Virus record (IMG/VR): IMGVR_UViG_3300042290_000649
Coordinates: 1 to 58,092 of that record
Origin: a virus
Lineage: Duplodnaviria > Caudoviricetes
Reading direction: 5' to 3' (one strand)
Length of the DNA stretch: 58,092 nucleotides
Part shown: positions 55,934 through 58,092 of the stretch, one piece after another
Layout of the letters: each line of letters opens with the position of its first letter
How positions within the stretch are numbered: position 1 is the stretch's first letter
Notes under the pieces: generated by a model
What the model was told of the DNA's origin: nothing
Database searches by the model: none
What the model saw: the letters and a program-made list of their open reading frames with translations, nothing else
Position numbers and translations under genes: made by a program

Positions 55934-56030
55934 GATTGGATTGGATTGGATTGGATTGGGTGAACGGGTACGGGTAATGGGTAATACATAACGCATAACG
56001 CATAACGCATAACCAATAACCCCCAGAAAC
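55934..56030. repeat. Spacer array 3: (GATTG)5, ACGGGT units, 7 phased TAA heptads, CCAGAAAC
   Basis: cgggTAAtgggTAAtacaTAAcgcaTAAcgcaTAAcgcaTAAccaaTAAc. Confidence 0.9.
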
Positions 56031-56032
56031 GC

Positions 56033-56066
56033 AGAAGGGGCGAGCCGCCCCGCGACCCGCCCCCTC
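56033..56066 (-). terminator. Cassette terminator
   Basis: GAGGGGGCGGGTCGC-ggg-GCGGCTCGCCCCTTCT, weak U tract. Confidence 0.7.
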
Positions 56067-56080
56067 GTTGTGTGTGTGTC

Positions 56081-56482
56081 CTAGATCGTGCGCCCGTCGT
56101 ACATCGGGAAGCCGCCATCGTTGAGCACGCGCTCAATCTTGACGATCTCCGCATCCGTGAAGCCGCGCAACTCGTCATCGTGTACCAGTACCGCATCGCC
56201 AGCCAAGCCGCCACCTGCTAGGTAGAGCGGCGCGCTCTTCGTTGCCACCGCGAACACATCGCACGCGGTGAGGTTGATACGCGGATTCTGTACGAGAAGC
56301 CCCTCCTCGTCTACCAGAAGCGCAACGGGTACGCCGCCGAGATTGCCGCGCCCGACCATCTCCACATACTGGCAACCGATCGCGTCATACATTGGCTGTA
56401 AGCCGTTCACGCCGCGCTCCGTCTTCACGATGCGATGCGTGCCATCTTCTAGCGCGCGGATTACATACATTGACCCTGCCAT
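56081..56482 (-). CDS. DUF3846-like protein
   Basis: LQ....IGCQYVEMV...LLVDEEGL...P.IN..A...LAGDAVL...GFTDAEI; AAGGAGG RBS, start 56482. Confidence 0.8.
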   Translation of the reverse strand: MAGSMYVIRALEDGTHRIVKTERGVNGLQPMYDAIGCQYVEMVGRGNLGGVPVALLVDEEGLLVQNPRINLTACDVFAVATKSAPLYLAGGGLAGDAVLVHDDELRGFTDAEIVKIERVLNDGGFPMYDGRTI

Positions 56483-56530
56483 TTGTGTGCCTCCTTCTTT
56501 CTTCTTACGGGGAAGCCCCCCGATGAGTAG

Positions 56531-56563
56531 ACAATGCCACACATCGGGGAGCAATCCACCGAA
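56531..56563 (-). promoter_or_regulatory. Cassette promoter motif (no upstream terminator or heptad array)
   Basis: TTCGGTGGATTG-N11-GTGGCATTGT, 2 nt after the upstream stop codon. Confidence 0.75.
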
Positions 56564-56565
56564 AC

Positions 56566-56724
56566 CTACTTTGCCCATCGCCTACGCTTCATCTCCTCGC
56601 GGAAGCGTGCGATTGCCTCGCGCTTTGTGTATCCGTAGTAGGAGATGGATTCCAAATAACCATCAACCACGGCGGAGATAACCCACGAGCCGTTGTGCCA
56701 TTGGCGCGTTGCGCTAATCGTCAT
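56566..56724 (-). CDS. 52-aa hypothetical protein
   Basis: MTISATRQWHNGSWVISAVVDGYLESISYYGYTKREAIARFREEMKRRRWAK; AGGAGG RBS. Confidence 0.75.
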   Translation of the reverse strand: MTISATRQWHNGSWVISAVVDGYLESISYYGYTKREAIARFREEMKRRRWAK

Positions 56725-56787
56725 AACCCCTCCTAGCGTTGGCGGCGGAGCCGAAGCCCCGCCGCCGTTGTGAGGCGAAGCCGTCGC

Positions 56788-57033
56788 CTAGCGGTAGTAC
56801 TTCTCGCGTACTTCTTCCGCCGCGATTGCGGCGAGAGAGTCTACGAGGTAGAGGCGAATCTGCTCAACCGCGAGCAAACGGCGCTCTACGCAATGGCGTG
56901 AATCGCACGCCGCGAGAGAAGCGCAAGAGCCTTGCTCTTCGTTCTCGGTAATGTTCTTGGCGATGGCGAGAATCTGATTCTCAACCTGCGCCTCGGTGAG
57001 TACCTGCTCACCGATGAGATGGCGGTATGGCAT
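56788..57033 (-). CDS. 81-aa hypothetical protein
   Basis: GAGGAGGT RBS, start 57033 (MPYRHLIGEQV...). Confidence 0.7.
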   Translation of the reverse strand: MPYRHLIGEQVLTEAQVENQILAIAKNITENEEQGSCASLAACDSRHCVERRLLAVEQIRLYLVDSLAAIAAEEVREKYYR

Positions 57034-57081
57034 ACCAGACCTCCTCAATGTTTGAGCGGTATCGCCGCTCCCGATGAATAC

Positions 57082-57114
57082 ACAATGCCACACCCCGCGC
57101 CGCAATCCACCGAA
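57082..57114 (-). promoter_or_regulatory. Cassette promoter motif
   Basis: TTCGGTGGATTG-N11-GTGGCATTGT. Confidence 0.75.
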
Positions 57115-57160
57115 ACCCGCAACGGCACGCGGAGCCGAGCAGCAACGGCGAGGGCAGGGC

Positions 57161-57253
57161 GGATACGGAGCAATGGGGATACGGGTACGGATACGGGTAA
57201 TGGATAACTCGTAACACATAACGCATAACCCGTAACTCATAACCGCCAGAAAC
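57161..57253. repeat. Spacer array 4: ACGG(G/A)T units, 6 TAAC heptads, CCAGAAAC
   Basis: Units at 57203, 57210, 57217, 57224, 57231, 57238. Confidence 0.9.
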
Positions 57254-57292
57254 AAAGAAGGGCGAGCCGCCGAAGCGACCCGCCCTTCTTTG
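57253..57292 (-). terminator. Cassette terminator
   Basis: CAAAGAAGGGCGGGTCGC-ttcg-GCGGCTCGCCCTTCTTTG. Confidence 0.85.
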
Positions 57293-57358
57293 CTACCTAC
57301 TGCGCATCAACCACGCCATCACCGCAATAACGGCGACGAGGTACAGCGCCTCACTCAC
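57293..57358 (-). CDS. 21-aa membrane peptide
   Basis: MSEALYLVAVIAVMAWLMRSR; GGAG upstream; paralogue of 54432..54497. Confidence 0.65.
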   Translation of the reverse strand: MSEALYLVAVIAVMAWLMRSR

Positions 57359-57527
57359 TTGGCTCCGCGTACTTCACGCGGCGAGCCTCAGCGATAGCGC
57401 GCTTGCGATCATCACCGCGCTTCTCGCGGCGATGCTTCTCACAACAATCACCATCAGCAGCAGGACGCTTCGTCCAACGGACGGAGTGCTCTGGGATGGC
57501 GATCTTCTCAACACCACGACGATTCAT
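57351..57527 (-). CDS. 58-aa basic protein
   Basis: MNRRGVEKIAIPEHSVRWTKRPAADGDCCEKHRREKR...; GAGGAGG RBS. Confidence 0.7.
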   Translation of the reverse strand: MNRRGVEKIAIPEHSVRWTKRPAADGDCCEKHRREKRGDDRKRAIAEARRVKYAEPSE

Positions 57528-57587
57528 ACACCCTCCTCTGTGGCTCGCGGCGACGGAGCCGAAGCCCCGCCGCCGTCCGCCGATTGT

Positions 57588-57917
57588 TTAGGCGACGACT
57601 TCTGTCGCCGACTCTGCGAGTTCCAGAACATCGCTCTGGTCTGCGTTGCCCTCCAACGCGGTGCGAATCTTGGCGATGATTGCGGTCAGTCGCTCGTTCT
57701 CAGCGACCACCTCAGCGACCATCTCCTCTACTGAGTCCAGAGCCTCCTGAACCTCATCAGCGTGCGACTCAGCGGAGTTCGCTGAGTCCGTTGCCGAACT
57801 GGCGTAGTCCTGAGCATCAGAAGCCTCTGATGCTGCGTCCTGCGCCGCTGACGATGCGCGCTCCGCGCTGCGGCGTGCCTCCGCTAGGATGTCCGTGAGT
57901 TTCTGTGTATCGGTCAT
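57588..57917 (-). CDS. Acidic Ala/Ser/Glu-rich coiled-coil protein
   Basis: GAGGAGGT RBS; 109 aa. Confidence 0.75.
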   Translation of the reverse strand: MTDTQKLTDILAEARRSAERASSAAQDAASEASDAQDYASSATDSANSAESHADEVQEALDSVEEMVAEVVAENERLTAIIAKIRTALEGNADQSDVLELAESATEVVA

Positions 57918-57963
57918 AAGACCTCCTCACTTGGGAAGCGATCACAGCGCCTCCTCTACTTCT

Positions 57964-57996
57964 ACAATGCCACACCCCTGTGGTGAATCCACCGAA
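57964..57996 (-). promoter_or_regulatory. Cassette promoter motif
   Basis: TTCGGTGGATTC-N11-GTGGCATTGT. Confidence 0.75.
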
Positions 57997-58049
57997 CTTC
58001 CCGACGAGGTGCGCGACGGCACGAGGTCAGGGTCAGCAGGATTGTGGAG

Positions 58050-58092
58050 CGGTGATACGGGAGTTCGGATACGGGTAATGGGTAATGGGTAA
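58050..58092. repeat. Start of spacer array 5, truncated by the window end
   Basis: ggatACGGGTAATGGGTAATGGGTAA, same pattern as arrays 3 and 4. Confidence 0.8.

Noticed and set aside
54013-57255. ORF-track ORFs and N-terminal extensions reading through the spacers (e.g. 54013..54453, upstream parts of 54703..55377 and 56788..57255, giving CYVLCVMCY-like text)
   Set aside because: These translate the non-coding heptads; strong SD sites mark the true starts downstream.
54345-57292. Integron attC sites (heptads resemble RYYTAAC/GTTRRRY boxes next to hairpins)
   Set aside because: The boxes are tandem and lie on one side of the hairpin rather than paired around it; the hairpins look like terminators; no tyrosine integrase in the window.
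53650-58092. CRISPR array in the repeated right-end region
   Set aside because: Repeats are separated by hundreds of bases containing genes, not by uniform 30-40-nt spacers; no cas operon.
1-58092. tRNA, rRNA or integrase/att genes
   Set aside because: No cloverleaf, rRNA-like sequence or recombinase motif recognised by eye; tRNAscan-SE was not run.

Overview
The whole window is a large part of a tailed dsDNA phage genome (siphovirus-like, long non-contractile tail). No host, rRNA, tRNA, CRISPR, integrase or reverse transcriptase genes were recognised. Leaderless TANNNT promoters and the holin type loosely suggest an Actinomycetota/Chloroflexota-type host (inference). Layout: 1-6.4 kb minus-strand tail fibre/collar cluster; 6.5-9.3 kb terminase block (+); 9.2-11 kb ParB-N protein, holin and endolysin (-); 11-36.3 kb tail module (-) with a 2257-aa tip protein, a 5542-aa tape measure carrying a ~2900-aa N-terminal insert, G/GT chaperones with a -1 frameshift, and the major tail protein; 36.3-38 kb inserted + island; 38-43.3 kb neck, capsid and protease (-); a perfect chromosomal-type parS at 43480; 43.5-53.6 kb portal (fused to a HAD domain), recombination and replication genes (+). 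The most unusual part is 53.65-58.09 kb, which is cut off by the window end. It is an array of minus-strand expression cassettes built from a fixed-spacing bipartite promoter motif (6 copies), a 5' stem-loop, 1-3 small genes and a terminator, separated by CCAGAAAC plus 7-nt-phased TAAC arrays. Three cassettes end in 21-26-aa membrane peptides (two of them clear paralogues). One promoter drives a candidate rod-shaped RNA with three repeated symmetric internal loops. By eye this region is free of GGCC, CCGG, TGCA, CATG, TCGA and AATT sites, which are common in the rest of the window, as expected for first-injected host-takeover DNA. All family assignments are from motif recognition by eye, not from database searches.
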